Source: an uncultured Candidatus Actinomarina sp. (GTDB taxonomy: Bacteria > Actinomycetota > Acidimicrobiia > Actinomarinales > Actinomarinaceae). Taken from it: a DNA stretch of 64,000 nt. Each line of letters opens with the position of its first letter. The stretch's first letter is position 1. Below, one piece after another: positions 38,841-49,531 of this stretch. The notes beneath the pieces are model-generated. The model had not been told where the DNA came from. It made no database searches and saw only the letters and a list, made by a program, of their open reading frames with translations. The stretch spans positions 6,952 through 70,951 of the forward strand of contig CACAQC010000003.1 in NCBI GenBank assembly GCA_902534495.1. Reading direction: 5' to 3'. The translations under genes and the position numbers were made by a program.

Positions 38841-40180
38841 TATTTGATTACTTTCTTAAAGTTGATTTTCATAATAAATTTTTTCAGTTGCATAAAATTT
38901 CTCACCTCACTGTAGTGTTCGCAAATATTTTGAAATTCCATAAATCTACTATCCCCAGTATTCCAGTATTGCGACCTCTCCGGATTCATCCAATATATAT
39001 CTTTAAAAGATTTTGAGAGTCTATAGATTGTATTTTTATCAATAGAACGATAATTATTTCTTGCATCACCAATTACAAGAAGTGAATTGCTGTTTGAATT
39101 AAAAACACTTTTAGACGCTAGCAAATCATCGAAAGATTTTTGATAATCAGAATGCCCGTCAACTTTAACATAATCATTCCAGCTATTTAGTATGCTTTTT
39201 ATATTGTTCACTTTGAGTCTTTGAAGATCTTTAGTAATTTCAGTTAAGCCATCTATAAAAACAAAAGCTTTTACAGACCTAAATCTTTGAACAACTCCAA
39301 AAAGTAAAGTTAGTCCAAATAATGAGTAAAGCGCCATAGATCCACTAATATCGCATAGCAAAATAAGTCTCGGTTTTTTTCTTATTTGTGGTTTAAATAC
39401 GGTTTTATAAAGGCTTCCACCACTTTGTAATGATTTTCTGATAGTTTTTCGAAAATTTAGTTTTCCTTTTGAGGAAGAATTAGAGTACCTAATAAATTTA
39501 TTAGCCAAAATTAATCCAAGCTGTCTTGTTTCTTTTAGTAATTTATTTCTTTCATCACTGTCTGTAAATAGGAAATCTTTTTCTTGTAGATCTTCTTTCT
39601 TGCTTAAATCACTTGGCACATAAGCTTCTTTAAATTGATTTCTTAATTCCTGTATTCTCTCTAACAAAGCCAAATCAAGCATTTCTACATATGTTTCTTT
39701 ATTTTGATTGTTTACAATTGAATCTAAAGCAGAATTAAATTCAATATCAAAGAATGCAATTCCATCAATATAATTTTGTGATTTTTTAATTTGGTTTAGC
39801 CAGTAAAGATTTGAAACAGGTCTGCTGAAATCTATATCGCCAAAATTGTTTAATAAATCATCAGAAATATTTTTAAAATCCATATTAATTTGACCATCAG
39901 TCATTGTGTCAAGTTTATATCCATCTAAGTGAAGAAATTCTTCTTGACCCGTGCTGATTGAATAGCCAAAAAATTCATTAATTAAGTCTTTGATACGTTC
40001 CTTTTCAAGTTTGTTTGTAGGAAGTAAATGATATAAAAAATTTATTTCAGTATCTTGATTATCTAATTCATTTTTTTTAAGAAAAATGATTAAGTCTGAC
40101 AGCCTGTCAGATGAAAAAAATAGTTCATTCTCTTTGCAAAACTGTGAGAATCTAAGTAACTGATCCGTTTTTAAAATCAT
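38840..40180 (-). CDS. VWA domain protein (CoxE-like partner of the MoxR ATPase)
   Basis: The basic stretch RKTIRKSLQSGG...RKKPRLILLCDISGSM includes the MIDAS DxSxS. It overlaps the upstream AAA gene by 29 nt. Confidence 0.75.
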   Translation of the reverse strand: MILKTDQLLRFSQFCKENELFFSSDRLSDLIIFLKKNELDNQDTEINFLYHLLPTNKLEKERIKDLINEFFGYSISTGQEEFLHLDGYKLDTMTDGQINMDFKNISDDLLNNFGDIDFSRPVSNLYWLNQIKKSQNYIDGIAFFDIEFNSALDSIVNNQNKETYVEMLDLALLERIQELRNQFKEAYVPSDLSKKEDLQEKDFLFTDSDERNKLLKETRQLGLILANKFIRYSNSSSKGKLNFRKTIRKSLQSGGSLYKTVFKPQIRKKPRLILLCDISGSMALYSLFGLTLLFGVVQRFRSVKAFVFIDGLTEITKDLQRLKVNNIKSILNSWNDYVKVDGHSDYQKSFDDLLASKSVFNSNSNSLLVIGDARNNYRSIDKNTIYRLSKSFKDIYWMNPERSQYWNTGDSRFMEFQNICEHYSEVRNFMQLKKFIMKINFKKVIK

Positions 40181-40991
40181 TATTCTCTTTTAATTTTTCT
40201 ATATAGAGTTTTTGATCATCTATATCTTTTATAAGGATACCGATGTTGGAATCAAGTTCTCCATGATTATTCTCATGGTTGTATTTAACCCATTCAACAG
40301 TTTCAATCAAGGAAGGTGGTTTATTTAAATTTAGTTTTCTTATAAAAGAACTAAAGAGAGAATATTTTTTGGCTTTTTCCTCTGATATGCTTTCAACATT
40401 ACTGAGTATTACTTTTGTTTCAATGTCAATGGAAGGATAATCAAGGAAAAAATAAATACATCTCCTTCTGAGTGCCTCTGAAAGATCTCTTGTGGCATTA
40501 GAAGTAAGGATTGTAAAATTATTACCTTCACCAGCAACTGTTCCTAACTCAGGTATAGTTACTTGTTTTTCTGCTAACACTTCCAAGAGAAGTGCCTCAA
40601 ATTCTTCATCTGATCTATCTATCTCATCAACAAGAAATAATGAGTCTGATGTTTTCAATGATTTTAAAATTGGTCTTTCTATTAGATACTCATCAGTAAA
40701 TAAATCTTTTTCATTTTTATCATTTTGTATAGATAATAGTTGTTTTTTATAATCCCATTCATAAATTGCTTTATCCTCATCAATACCCTCATGACATTGA
40801 AGTCTGATAAGTTCTTTACTTAACATATTTGATAAGGACTTAGCAAGATAAGTCTTTCCTGTGCCAGCTGGACCTTCAATTAAAAGGGGTTTATCTAAAA
40901 ATAATGCAGCATTTACAACATCAACCAATTCTTGGGTTGCAAAATAATTATTTTTCTCGAAATCTTTGATTTGCAATTTTTTATCACTCAT
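40152..40991 (-). CDS. MoxR/CoxD-like AAA+ ATPase
   Basis: LLIEGPAGTGKT Walker A, LFLVDEIDR Walker B, 279 aa. Confidence 0.8.
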   Translation of the reverse strand: MSDKKLQIKDFEKNNYFATQELVDVVNAALFLDKPLLIEGPAGTGKTYLAKSLSNMLSKELIRLQCHEGIDEDKAIYEWDYKKQLLSIQNDKNEKDLFTDEYLIERPILKSLKTSDSLFLVDEIDRSDEEFEALLLEVLAEKQVTIPELGTVAGEGNNFTILTSNATRDLSEALRRRCIYFFLDYPSIDIETKVILSNVESISEEKAKKYSLFSSFIRKLNLNKPPSLIETVEWVKYNHENNHGELDSNIGILIKDIDDQKLYIEKLKENNDFKNGSVT

Positions 40992-42229
40992 TTTCTAATT
41001 TGTCCATTTCCTTTAACTACATACTTTTCAGAAGTCAATGCTTCTAATCCCATAGGTCCTCTTACATGCAATTTTTGAGTACTAATACCTATCTCAGCAC
41101 CAAATCCAAACATTTCACCATCAGTAAATCTTGTTGAACTATTAACGAACAACACAGAAGAATCAATCGAACTTGTAAATAAGTCAGCAGACTCTGTTGA
41201 TTCAGTCAAAATTGCTTCAGTGTGGCCTGAAGAAAATTCGTTTATATGGCTTATTGCTTCTTCAATATTATTTACTACTTTGATTGCTAGCTTAAGATCA
41301 TGAAATTCTGTTTCAAAGTGTTCATCAGTTGCAATTGTAAGTGCTGGAAAGTCTTTTTTGATTATTGGATCAATAAATAGCTCTACATCCTTTTTAAGTA
41401 GAGAGTTAACAATTTCTTCACCCATTTCTTTATACAACTCTGCGTTAATTAATAATGTTTCTAATGCATTGCAAACCCCTGGTCTTTGAACTTTAGAATT
41501 AATAACAATATCAATAATATTGTCTTTTTTTGCATCAGAATGTATATATAAGTGAACGTTGCCATCTCCGTCTAAAATAAATGGTACTTTTGCATTTTCA
41601 ACTAAAGTCTGAATTAATCCTTTACCGCCTCTAGGAACAATTAGATCAATATATTCGGTCATTTGCATAAACTTGATTGTGTCTTCTCTGTCTTTACTAT
41701 CAATAATTTGAATTGCATTTTCATCAACTTGATTTTTCCTCAATGCATTTTGAAGTGTCTGCAAAATTACTTTATTTGAATCAAGACAATAGCTTGACCC
41801 TCTAAGAATTACTGCATTCCCCGATTTTAAACATAAGCCTGATACATCACTTGTAACATTTGGTCTTGCTTCATAAATTACCCCAATTACACCAAAGGAA
41901 GCTCTAACTTTATTAATTAATAATCCATCATCTGTCGTCCAACTACTTGTAACTTCTCCAACAGGATCATTTAAAGGTATAATTTTTTTTAGTCCGTTTG
42001 ACATACCAACAATTCTTTCTTCGTTTAGAGTGAGTCTGTCAGTAAGTGCAGTTGATAATTTTAAGTCTTTAGAGTTTTCAATGTCTAATAAATTAGCTTT
42101 GAGTATATTTTCTTGATTATTTAACAATTCTTCAGACATATCAAGAAGAATTTTGTTCTTTAATTCGGTATCAAGCCTTGCAATTTGCAATGAAGCTTTT
42201 TGTGCTTTGATTCCTATTTCATTTAACAT
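40988..42229 (-). CDS. proA: Glutamate-5-semialdehyde dehydrogenase
   Basis: IYEARPNVT, the VCNALETLL catalytic Cys, and GAEIGISTQKLHVRGPMG. Confidence 0.93.
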   Translation of the reverse strand: MLNEIGIKAQKASLQIARLDTELKNKILLDMSEELLNNQENILKANLLDIENSKDLKLSTALTDRLTLNEERIVGMSNGLKKIIPLNDPVGEVTSSWTTDDGLLINKVRASFGVIGVIYEARPNVTSDVSGLCLKSGNAVILRGSSYCLDSNKVILQTLQNALRKNQVDENAIQIIDSKDREDTIKFMQMTEYIDLIVPRGGKGLIQTLVENAKVPFILDGDGNVHLYIHSDAKKDNIIDIVINSKVQRPGVCNALETLLINAELYKEMGEEIVNSLLKKDVELFIDPIIKKDFPALTIATDEHFETEFHDLKLAIKVVNNIEEAISHINEFSSGHTEAILTESTESADLFTSSIDSSVLFVNSSTRFTDGEMFGFGAEIGISTQKLHVRGPMGLEALTSEKYVVKGNGQIRK

Positions 42230-42269
42230 ATCTAAAGGTTAATTAAGAAATCTTATTAGTAAAATATTT

Positions 42270-43316
42270 TTACAAAATAATTAAATCATCTATGTGAATT
42301 AACACACTATTGTCTGATATTTTGTTGGAAGAAATTTTGGCAATTCCTTTTGCTACATTTATATCATTTAAAACAACATCGATTCCATCGCCAATATTGA
42401 AATCTTTATGTACTTTTACTACCCCATTGCATAAAAGTGATGCATTCTTTTTAATTGCATCAAATGCCCCTGCGTCAATTTCTATTTTTGAAGTTGATTG
42501 CATTCCATAAGCTATCCATAATTTTCTGAGTCTAATTTTTTTATCAGATTCAAGTATTAAAGTTCCGACTTGTTTACCTTTTATAGCGTCTACAAAATTT
42601 TGTTCAGACCAACTAATTATTTGAGTTTGTATTCCAGAGAAACCTGCAATTTGTGCTGCCATTATCTTTGTTGAAAATCCTCCCTCGCCTTCACCATGGC
42701 TAGAGATTGGAATTAAATCGTTCAATTGTGATGAGTTAAATTGTATAAATTCAATCATTTTTGCATCTGAATTTTTATCTGGATTGAAGTTATATAAACC
42801 TTGTTTGTTGGTTACAAGTATCAACTTAGATGCATTCACAATTATCGAAACAATTGCTGATAATCTATCGTTGTCTCCAAACTTTAATTCCTCAGTTGCA
42901 ACAACATCGTTTTCATTAATTACAGGAATTATATTTTGAGCTAAAAGTTCATTCAGCGCCTGAGTAGTATTAACAAATTGTTCTCTATCATCAATAAGGT
43001 TTTTAGTAATCAATACTTGAGCAATTTGTAAATCGTTTTCATTAAATACTTTCTTGTATTCATTAATTAATTGAATTTGACCTACTGCTGAAGCAACTTG
43101 TAATTTTTTCATTGACTTTGGTCTTGTTTTATAATTTAACTCCATACCACCAAGACTTACTGCGCCAGATGTAACAATGACAAAATTGTGAGTGTTTTGA
43201 TGTTGTTTTATTTTTTCTGCCAGTGAATGAAGAAGCATTTGACTTAATTTACCCTCATCAATTAAAGATGTAGATCCAATCTTTATTACAATTGTTTTTT
43301 TATTTTTTATATTCAA
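42270..43316 (-). CDS. proB: Glutamate 5-kinase
   Basis: VIKIGSTSL, VTSGAV, FGDNDRLSA, and a C-terminal PUA-like region. Confidence 0.92.
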   Translation of the reverse strand: MNIKNKKTIVIKIGSTSLIDEGKLSQMLLHSLAEKIKQHQNTHNFVIVTSGAVSLGGMELNYKTRPKSMKKLQVASAVGQIQLINEYKKVFNENDLQIAQVLITKNLIDDREQFVNTTQALNELLAQNIIPVINENDVVATEELKFGDNDRLSAIVSIIVNASKLILVTNKQGLYNFNPDKNSDAKMIEFIQFNSSQLNDLIPISSHGEGEGGFSTKIMAAQIAGFSGIQTQIISWSEQNFVDAIKGKQVGTLILESDKKIRLRKLWIAYGMQSTSKIEIDAGAFDAIKKNASLLCNGVVKVHKDFNIGDGIDVVLNDINVAKGIAKISSNKISDNSVLIHIDDLIIL

Positions 43317-44499
43317 ATTCTAGGTTTCCTAACATAATTGTATCTCCATCAACAACTCCGAGTTCTTCAAGTTTATTAGGCAGATATGAATTTTCATATC
43401 TGTAAAATATTTCATTATTTACTTCATCTTTGTTTCCGGATAACCCAATTATAGATTCAACAAATCTTCCGGTACATATATATTTTCCATGATCATGATT
43501 AATAATTAGATCATCTTTCTGCAAGGTAATCTTTTGAAAGTCTCCGTAAAGCCTCCTCTTGTCAACTTGAAAAATTTCAACTATATATTGAATTAAAATT
43601 TCAATATTTAAACCAGTTTGCGCTGAAATATTTATAGAGTCATTAATGCTTATTTCAGATTTATCTAATTTATTTACTACTTTAATTGTTGGGATTTCAT
43701 AAAAATTTCGGTCGTATTCGATTATCTCTTTTTCTAACAAATTTACTTGATCCTCTAAACTATAGCTTTGATTCAATGGGTCTAACAAATAAACGATTAG
43801 TTTTGTATTTCTAATGTGTCTCAGAATTCTCTCTCCCATGCCAACGCCATCTGAAGCACCTTTTATCAGGCCAGGTAAATCACATATTTTTAATTTCAAA
43901 TCTGAATTATTTAATATACCCAAATTAGGAGATGTTGTCGTAAATTCATAATCTGCAATTTGAGCCCTTGAATTTGTTAATTTAGTTATCAGGGTACTTT
44001 TTCCTGCATTGGGTAAGCCAACAATAACAAGATCTGAATAGATTGAATAAGTTAATTTAATTTCAATTTTATTTCGTTTTTCACCATGTTCGCAAAACTG
44101 AGGATTTGGAACTCTTTTTGAAATTAAATCATAATTACCTCTACCTGCTTTTGATCCTTCTAAAACAATGAAAGATGATTTATTTTCATGAAGATCAGCA
44201 TAAACCTCGTTCTCTACTTTTATTTTTGTACCTTTTGGTACCTCAATTATTAAATCCTTACCCTTTTTACCATTTTGAAAATTTTTATTCCCATCAGTTC
44301 CATTTTCTGCTTTATGAGAACTATTAGAGATTATATGTGATAAATCATTCAATTCATCATTTACAGTGATAATTACACTTCCACCTTGTCCACCAGATCC
44401 GCCAGAAGGAGACGACTTTGATGATGTTTTTTTAAAACTTACTGAACCCGAGCCGCCAGCTCCAGATTGAACTGATAGTTTAATTTCGTCAACGAACAT
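43300..44499 (-). CDS. obg: GTPase Obg/CgtA
   Basis: MFVDEIKLSVQSGAGGSG glycine-rich Obg fold, then GLPNAGKST and DLPGLI. Confidence 0.93.
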   Translation of the reverse strand: MFVDEIKLSVQSGAGGSGSVSFKKTSSKSSPSGGSGGQGGSVIITVNDELNDLSHIISNSSHKAENGTDGNKNFQNGKKGKDLIIEVPKGTKIKVENEVYADLHENKSSFIVLEGSKAGRGNYDLISKRVPNPQFCEHGEKRNKIEIKLTYSIYSDLVIVGLPNAGKSTLITKLTNSRAQIADYEFTTTSPNLGILNNSDLKLKICDLPGLIKGASDGVGMGERILRHIRNTKLIVYLLDPLNQSYSLEDQVNLLEKEIIEYDRNFYEIPTIKVVNKLDKSEISINDSINISAQTGLNIEILIQYIVEIFQVDKRRLYGDFQKITLQKDDLIINHDHGKYICTGRFVESIIGLSGNKDEVNNEIFYRYENSYLPNKLEELGVVDGDTIMLGNLEFEYKK

Positions 44500-44503
44500 G
44501 AGC

Positions 44504-44755
44504 TCATTTTGGGATTACATTAACTAATTTACGGCCATTTTTTGTAGAAAATTTTACAACACCATCTATTTTTGAAAATAAAGTATCATCTCCGCCTTTG
44601 GATACATTTTCACCAGGATGTATTTTTGTTCCTCTTTGACGAACCATTATGGAACCAGCAGAAATTTTTTCACCATCAAAAACTTTAGTTCCAAGTCGTT
44701 TTGACTCTGAGTCTCTGCCGTTTCTTGTTGAACCTCCAGCTTTTGTCTTTGACAT
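44504..44755 (-). CDS. rpmA: 50S ribosomal protein L27
   Basis: [18 protein letters not shown] and [10 protein letters not shown]. Confidence 0.95.
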   Translation of the reverse strand: MSKTKAGGSTRNGRDSESKRLGTKVFDGEKISAGSIMVRQRGTKIHPGENVSKGGDDTLFSKIDGVVKFSTKNGRKLVNVIPK

Positions 44756-45081
44756 TACTCCTCCTCGCTACCTTCTAAACCTACAATGTTTTTTATTTTA
44801 ATAATTTTGTTATCTTCCCTATAACCCATTCTTCTTCTGTTGCCAGTTTTGTTTTTATATTGGAAAATATTAATTTTTTTAGACTTTCCTATACCAATAT
44901 CTTGTATTTCTACTTTAAATTTTTTTAGCTCTTTGTTGTCTGAAACCAGTTCTCCTTTTTTGGGACTCACTAATATTGGAATTAGTGTTGTCTCTGAAAA
45001 GCTAGATGAAACAACTAGTTCATCTCCGATGGAAACTTTTTCTTGAGAAGCGCCAATTTTAACTACTGCGTATTTACTCAT
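44755..45081 (-). CDS. rplU: 50S ribosomal protein L21
   Basis: [16 protein letters not shown] start and the [14 protein letters not shown] motif. Its stop overlaps the rpmA start by 1 nt. Confidence 0.92.
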   Translation of the reverse strand: MSKYAVVKIGASQEKVSIGDELVVSSSFSETTLIPILVSPKKGELVSDNKELKKFKVEIQDIGIGKSKKINIFQYKNKTGNRRRMGYREDNKIIKIKNIVGLEGSEEE

Positions 45082-45088
45082 AACTCAA

Positions 45089-46555
45089 TTACTCTACTAT
45101 AGCTTCTGTATCAAGCAAATCTTCATCTATAGTTTTGTTAGAAAAAATATCACTGATAATTAGTCCCCTACCATTACATTTTTCGCACTCATCGGAAAAG
45201 CTTTCAATTAGTCCAGCAGCCACATTTTTTCTGGTCATTTCCACTAATCCCAATCTAGATATTTCAAAAACTTGTGTCCTTGTTTTATCCTTTGCCAATT
45301 CATGTTTAAATTTGTTGAGGAGATTTTGTTGTTTTTTTTGAGATTCCATATCTATAAAATCAATTACTATAATTCCACCAATGTCGCGCAATCTTAATTG
45401 TCTGGCAATTTCTTCTGCTGCTTCTAAATTATTTTCATAAACTGTTTCTTCAAGGCTATTTTTTCCAACAAATTTTCCAGTGTTAACATCAATAACTGTT
45501 AGTGCCTCTGTTCTATCAATTATTAAATGTCCACCTGATGGCAACCATACCTTTCTATCTAATGCTTTTTTTATTTGATCTTCAATATGGTATCTTTCAA
45601 ACAAGCCAAGTTGATCATCATAAAAGTCAACAATATCTAAAATTTCGGGTGAAGTTTCTTTTACATATTCTTTGACCTCATCATGTTGGGACTTTTTATC
45701 AATAAGTACTTTTTTAAAAGTTGAATTTAAATGTTCACGAATGACTTTTGTTGATACATCGGGTTCTTTATGAATTATTTTTGGCGCATCTCCACTTTGA
45801 TAATTGCTAATTATTTTCCACTCATCGACTAATTTTTCAATATCTACTTTAAGCGATTCTTCACTGACACCTTCAGCAGCAGTACGAACAATAACTCCAA
45901 AATTGTTTGGCTTAATTTTTCTTATAATTTTATCTAATCTTTCTCTTTCGTTGTCAGCAAGCCTCCTTGAAATACCTTTTGTTTTTGAATTCGGAATTAA
46001 AACTAAATATCTTCCTGGTAATGAAATTTGTCCAGTTAGTCTTGCACCTTTTTCTCCCATTGCGTCCTTTACTACCTGCACTAAAATTTCTTGATCTGTT
46101 TTTAAAAGATTTTCAATTTTGGAGTTTTTTGTGGAACCCTCTATATCTGCAACATACAAAACACCATTTTTATCTTCACCAAATGAAACGAATGCAGCTT
46201 CCATGCCAGGTAACACATTTTTAACTTTCCCAAGATAAATATTTCCGACTTTTGATTTTCCGATATTGTCTGATGAATAATATTGAACTAAAGTTGGACC
46301 TTCTAGAATTGCAACTTTGGATATACCTTGAGATGAGCTAATCAACATCTGTTTTTTTTCAACTGATGGCACTGGTAAAGGTGTTTCTCTAAACCATGTA
46401 GGATTTTTTGGCTTTCTAGATTGATTCCTACGAGAGCTCTGGGATGTCGTACCAGATTTGATTTTTACTTTTTGACCGTTAAACCACTTAGTTGTTGTAT
46501 CGTTTAAATTATCGCTTTTTCTTACTATTTTTGATTTCTTGAAAATACCAAACAT
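45089..46555 (-). CDS. rne: Ribonuclease E/G (catalytic domain only)
   Basis: S1 domain (GNIYLGKVKNVLPGMEAAFV), IIDRTEALTVIDVNTG, and IGGIIVIDFIDM. I moved the start to the second ATG (46555) because GGAGG sits 5 nt upstream of it. Confidence 0.9.
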   Translation of the reverse strand: MFGIFKKSKIVRKSDNLNDTTTKWFNGQKVKIKSGTTSQSSRRNQSRKPKNPTWFRETPLPVPSVEKKQMLISSSQGISKVAILEGPTLVQYYSSDNIGKSKVGNIYLGKVKNVLPGMEAAFVSFGEDKNGVLYVADIEGSTKNSKIENLLKTDQEILVQVVKDAMGEKGARLTGQISLPGRYLVLIPNSKTKGISRRLADNERERLDKIIRKIKPNNFGVIVRTAAEGVSEESLKVDIEKLVDEWKIISNYQSGDAPKIIHKEPDVSTKVIREHLNSTFKKVLIDKKSQHDEVKEYVKETSPEILDIVDFYDDQLGLFERYHIEDQIKKALDRKVWLPSGGHLIIDRTEALTVIDVNTGKFVGKNSLEETVYENNLEAAEEIARQLRLRDIGGIIVIDFIDMESQKKQQNLLNKFKHELAKDKTRTQVFEISRLGLVEMTRKNVAAGLIESFSDECEKCNGRGLIISDIFSNKTIDEDLLDTEAIVE

Positions 46556-46622
46556 TAAAACCTCCATGAAGACGAATACTATTAAAAACTTTCATAGTAT
46601 GAACATTAGTGTGCTTGTGAAA

Positions 46623-47699
46623 TTAAATAACCTGGTTATTTTCAATAAAAATTCTATTTATTATTCCAAAAATGGATGAGACTGCAATAATCGAAGAACC
46701 TCCTAAGCTGAGAAGTGGAAATGGGTCACCTGTTAAAGGAATTAAACCAACAACAGTTGCAATATTTATTAAAATTTGCAGGTATAGCAAAATCATAAAT
46801 CCAGCTAAAAGAAATTTTTCAAATTGTGAGTCTGTTGTAATGATTAATGAATAAATTCTAAATCCAAAAAATACCCAAAAAAATAGTAAAGCCACACAAC
46901 CAATAAAACCAAAACTTTTGGCAAATGACGAAAATATAAAATCAGTAGTTTGTACAGGAACAAAAATAGATATGTTTTCTGTATTAGATGCACTGTCCCC
47001 TAAAAAACCGCCCAATGATATTTGTAATCTACTTTGTCTTTGTGAGAAATCTTGTATCTCTGCTGAATAAAAATCTGTAATCCTTTGAACTTGAAATGCA
47101 CTAACTAGATCAAATTCTAAAAGTATAAAAAATGAAATGAATAGCGTAATTAAAAATGCAAATAATGTCTTCATTTTGACATCTGATATAAAATACATTC
47201 CCAAAACAACTGAAAGTAAAATGATGGTTGTTCCAAGATCTGGTTGAGAATAAATTAATAAAATATTAGAAAATATCAAAGTTATCGCAAATAAATTATT
47301 TCTTTTTTGAGAAATTATTGAAGCAAGAAATATTACAAATGCAATTTTAGTAAACTCAGATGGCTGAAAATCAAAAACTCCTAAATCATATCTTCTTCTT
47401 GCTCCCAGTGATTCTTCTGTAAACAAAACTCCAATCAATAAGATTGTTGAAGAAACCATCAAAACATAACTTAGTCCAAAAATATTGCTTATTGAAACAT
47501 ATGTGAATAAAAAAAATACGATAAGACCTACAAGTGTGAATGTAATTTGTCTAACAAGCACATTTTGTATGTCTAACCCAATCTCATTCGTAATATTAAA
47601 TAATGTAAACCAAGAAATTACACAAAAAATCAAATACTGAAAAATTACATAAATATTTGTTCCTTCGGGTCCTAAAATTGTAATTCTTCTATTAATCAT
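46623..47699 (-). CDS. rodA: Peptidoglycan glycosyltransferase RodA (SEDS family)
   Basis: Polytopic; QPSEFTKIAFVIFLA and YSQPDLGT are FtsW/RodA motifs. It lies downstream of mrdA. Confidence 0.88.
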   Translation of the reverse strand: MINRRITILGPEGTNIYVIFQYLIFCVISWFTLFNITNEIGLDIQNVLVRQITFTLVGLIVFFLFTYVSISNIFGLSYVLMVSSTILLIGVLFTEESLGARRRYDLGVFDFQPSEFTKIAFVIFLASIISQKRNNLFAITLIFSNILLIYSQPDLGTTIILLSVVLGMYFISDVKMKTLFAFLITLFISFFILLEFDLVSAFQVQRITDFYSAEIQDFSQRQSRLQISLGGFLGDSASNTENISIFVPVQTTDFIFSSFAKSFGFIGCVALLFFWVFFGFRIYSLIITTDSQFEKFLLAGFMILLYLQILINIATVVGLIPLTGDPFPLLSLGGSSIIAVSSIFGIINRIFIENNQVI

Positions 47700-49531
47700 T
47701 CCGTTATTTCTCCAAATTCTACAGGAGTCAAACTTTCTTCCAATAGATACTGAATTATTCTTCTTGAGACTGGTGCGGCAACGGCACTTCCTGAACCTCC
47801 TTCTTCAACAACTGTTACAATTAAATATTCAGGATTAGAAATAGAGTCAACACCAACAAACCAAGAGGTGTTATTTAAATCACCAGCATTTTGTGCAGTA
47901 CCTGTTTTTCCACCAATATCATAAGTCAAATCTCCCATTACTTGAAAAGACCTATAAGCAGTACCACCAGGATTTGTAACTAAATTTAAGTCATCTAATA
48001 AAAAATTTACAAATTCAGAACTTATATTTATATTTTCTTCATTTAAATCTGAATTTTCATAATAAAGATAAGGGTTTGATTTAATTCCTGTCATAAGTGT
48101 TCTGTAAGCATTGGATACTTGTATGGGTGTTGTAGTTATTGCACCTTGTCCTATGATGAGATTCATCAAATCTCCACCTAGCCATCCCTCGGGTCTAACT
48201 AATTCTGGTTTAGAAATCTTCCAATCCTCAAACAACTGCCTATCAGGTATTACACCCTCTCTTTCGAATGGTAGGTCAATGTTGGACATTGAACTAAAGC
48301 CAAGTTTTTTTGAGTATTCTTGTAGCATTGCTTCAGAATCAGTATTTCCAAATGTTCTCCAGATTTTTAAAGCTATATCCCAAAAATAAACATTACATGA
48401 TTGTTTCAATGCTTCACTTAAATTTACTTTTCCATGGCCTTCTGGTTTCCAGTCTTGATAGACTTGCTTAGATCCGTCATCAAAACCAAAAGAAAGACTA
48501 CCCTCGCAGTTAACAAATTGACCAGAATTTGAGGCTTCCTCAGGAAAAATACCTTCATTTACTGCAAGCCAGTAAGCAACAACTTTAAAAACTGATCCAG
48601 GAGGATAAAGTCCTTGGATAGCAAAATTATTAAAAGCTTGAGTACGATTAAGTTTTTTGAATTCAAATTCTGAAATTCCTGATACAAATTGATTTGGATC
48701 AAAATCAGGAAGTGATACCATTGCTGTTATCTCCCCAGTATCAATTTTTTGTACAACTACTGCTCCTCTTTCAATTAAATTAATTGTTTCAAAAGATTTG
48801 TTCGCAAGAACTATTCCTTGTTGAAGAGATTCTTTAACTACCTCCTGTGCATTAACATCAATAGTAATTTGAATATCTTGACCAGGAATAGCAGGGGTAA
48901 TATCAATAATTTCTCCATTTTGTAGTGTAATTTCAGAAGGTTTACCGCTTAAAATATTTTCATAATATCTTTCAAGTCCGTTTTTACCAACAATTTTATT
49001 TCCAAAAGCATTGGAATACTCAATAAGTTCCTCTTGATTGGGTTTCCCAACATAACCAATAACATGGGAAAATAATTCTTTATAAATATAAAGCCTTTTT
49101 GGTTGATTAAAAATCTCAAAAGCTTCATAGTCTTGAATTTTTATACGTAAGTCTGTTTGATAATCATTTAAATTGACTACTTCAACAAAAAGTTCATTCG
49201 AATTAAAAAAATTATCTATTTCTGCATTAGTTAACTCATTAAAGTTGAATGAAATAAATTGTTTATATACTGTTTTATTTTCTTCGTTTATTTTCTTAAG
49301 ATTTAGAAATAAATATGGCTCAAGAAAAGATTGTGCTAATTTATTTCCATTTATATCAATTATTTCACCGCGAGGAGCGGGTATGTAGTAGGTCTCAAAA
49401 TTTTGATTTACGATATCCTGTGTGTTTTCATCGGTGTTAATTATTTGTAAAATAAAAAGTTCTCGAAATATCAAAGATAAAAAAACAGCAAAAATAATGA
49501 AAATAATATTTAATCTAAATTTACTAAACAC
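47696..49531 (-). CDS. mrdA: Penicillin-binding protein 2 (elongasome transpeptidase)
   Basis: PGSVFKVV (SxxK), SCNVYF (SxN), and GGKTGTAQ (KTG), with an N-terminal TM anchor. Confidence 0.9.
   Translation of the reverse strand: MFSKFRLNIIFIIFAVFLSLIFRELFILQIINTDENTQDIVNQNFETYYIPAPRGEIIDINGNKLAQSFLEPYLFLNLKKINEENKTVYKQFISFNFNELTNAEIDNFFNSNELFVEVVNLNDYQTDLRIKIQDYEAFEIFNQPKRLYIYKELFSHVIGYVGKPNQEELIEYSNAFGNKIVGKNGLERYYENILSGKPSEITLQNGEIIDITPAIPGQDIQITIDVNAQEVVKESLQQGIVLANKSFETINLIERGAVVVQKIDTGEITAMVSLPDFDPNQFVSGISEFEFKKLNRTQAFNNFAIQGLYPPGSVFKVVAYWLAVNEGIFPEEASNSGQFVNCEGSLSFGFDDGSKQVYQDWKPEGHGKVNLSEALKQSCNVYFWDIALKIWRTFGNTDSEAMLQEYSKKLGFSSMSNIDLPFEREGVIPDRQLFEDWKISKPELVRPEGWLGGDLMNLIIGQGAITTTPIQVSNAYRTLMTGIKSNPYLYYENSDLNEENINISSEFVNFLLDDLNLVTNPGGTAYRSFQVMGDLTYDIGGKTGTAQNAGDLNNTSWFVGVDSISNPEYLIVTVVEEGGSGSAVAAPVSRRIIQYLLEESLTPVEFGEITE

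Noticed and set aside
38840-40991. The MoxR-VWA pair considered as a candidate novel anti-phage or accessory system.
   Set aside because: It sits inside the conserved proA-nadD backbone rather than in the variable glycan loci. As far as I recall it has positional counterparts in other actinobacteria. It is better viewed as an uncharacterised housekeeping chaperone pair and is reported as a lower-interest finding instead.
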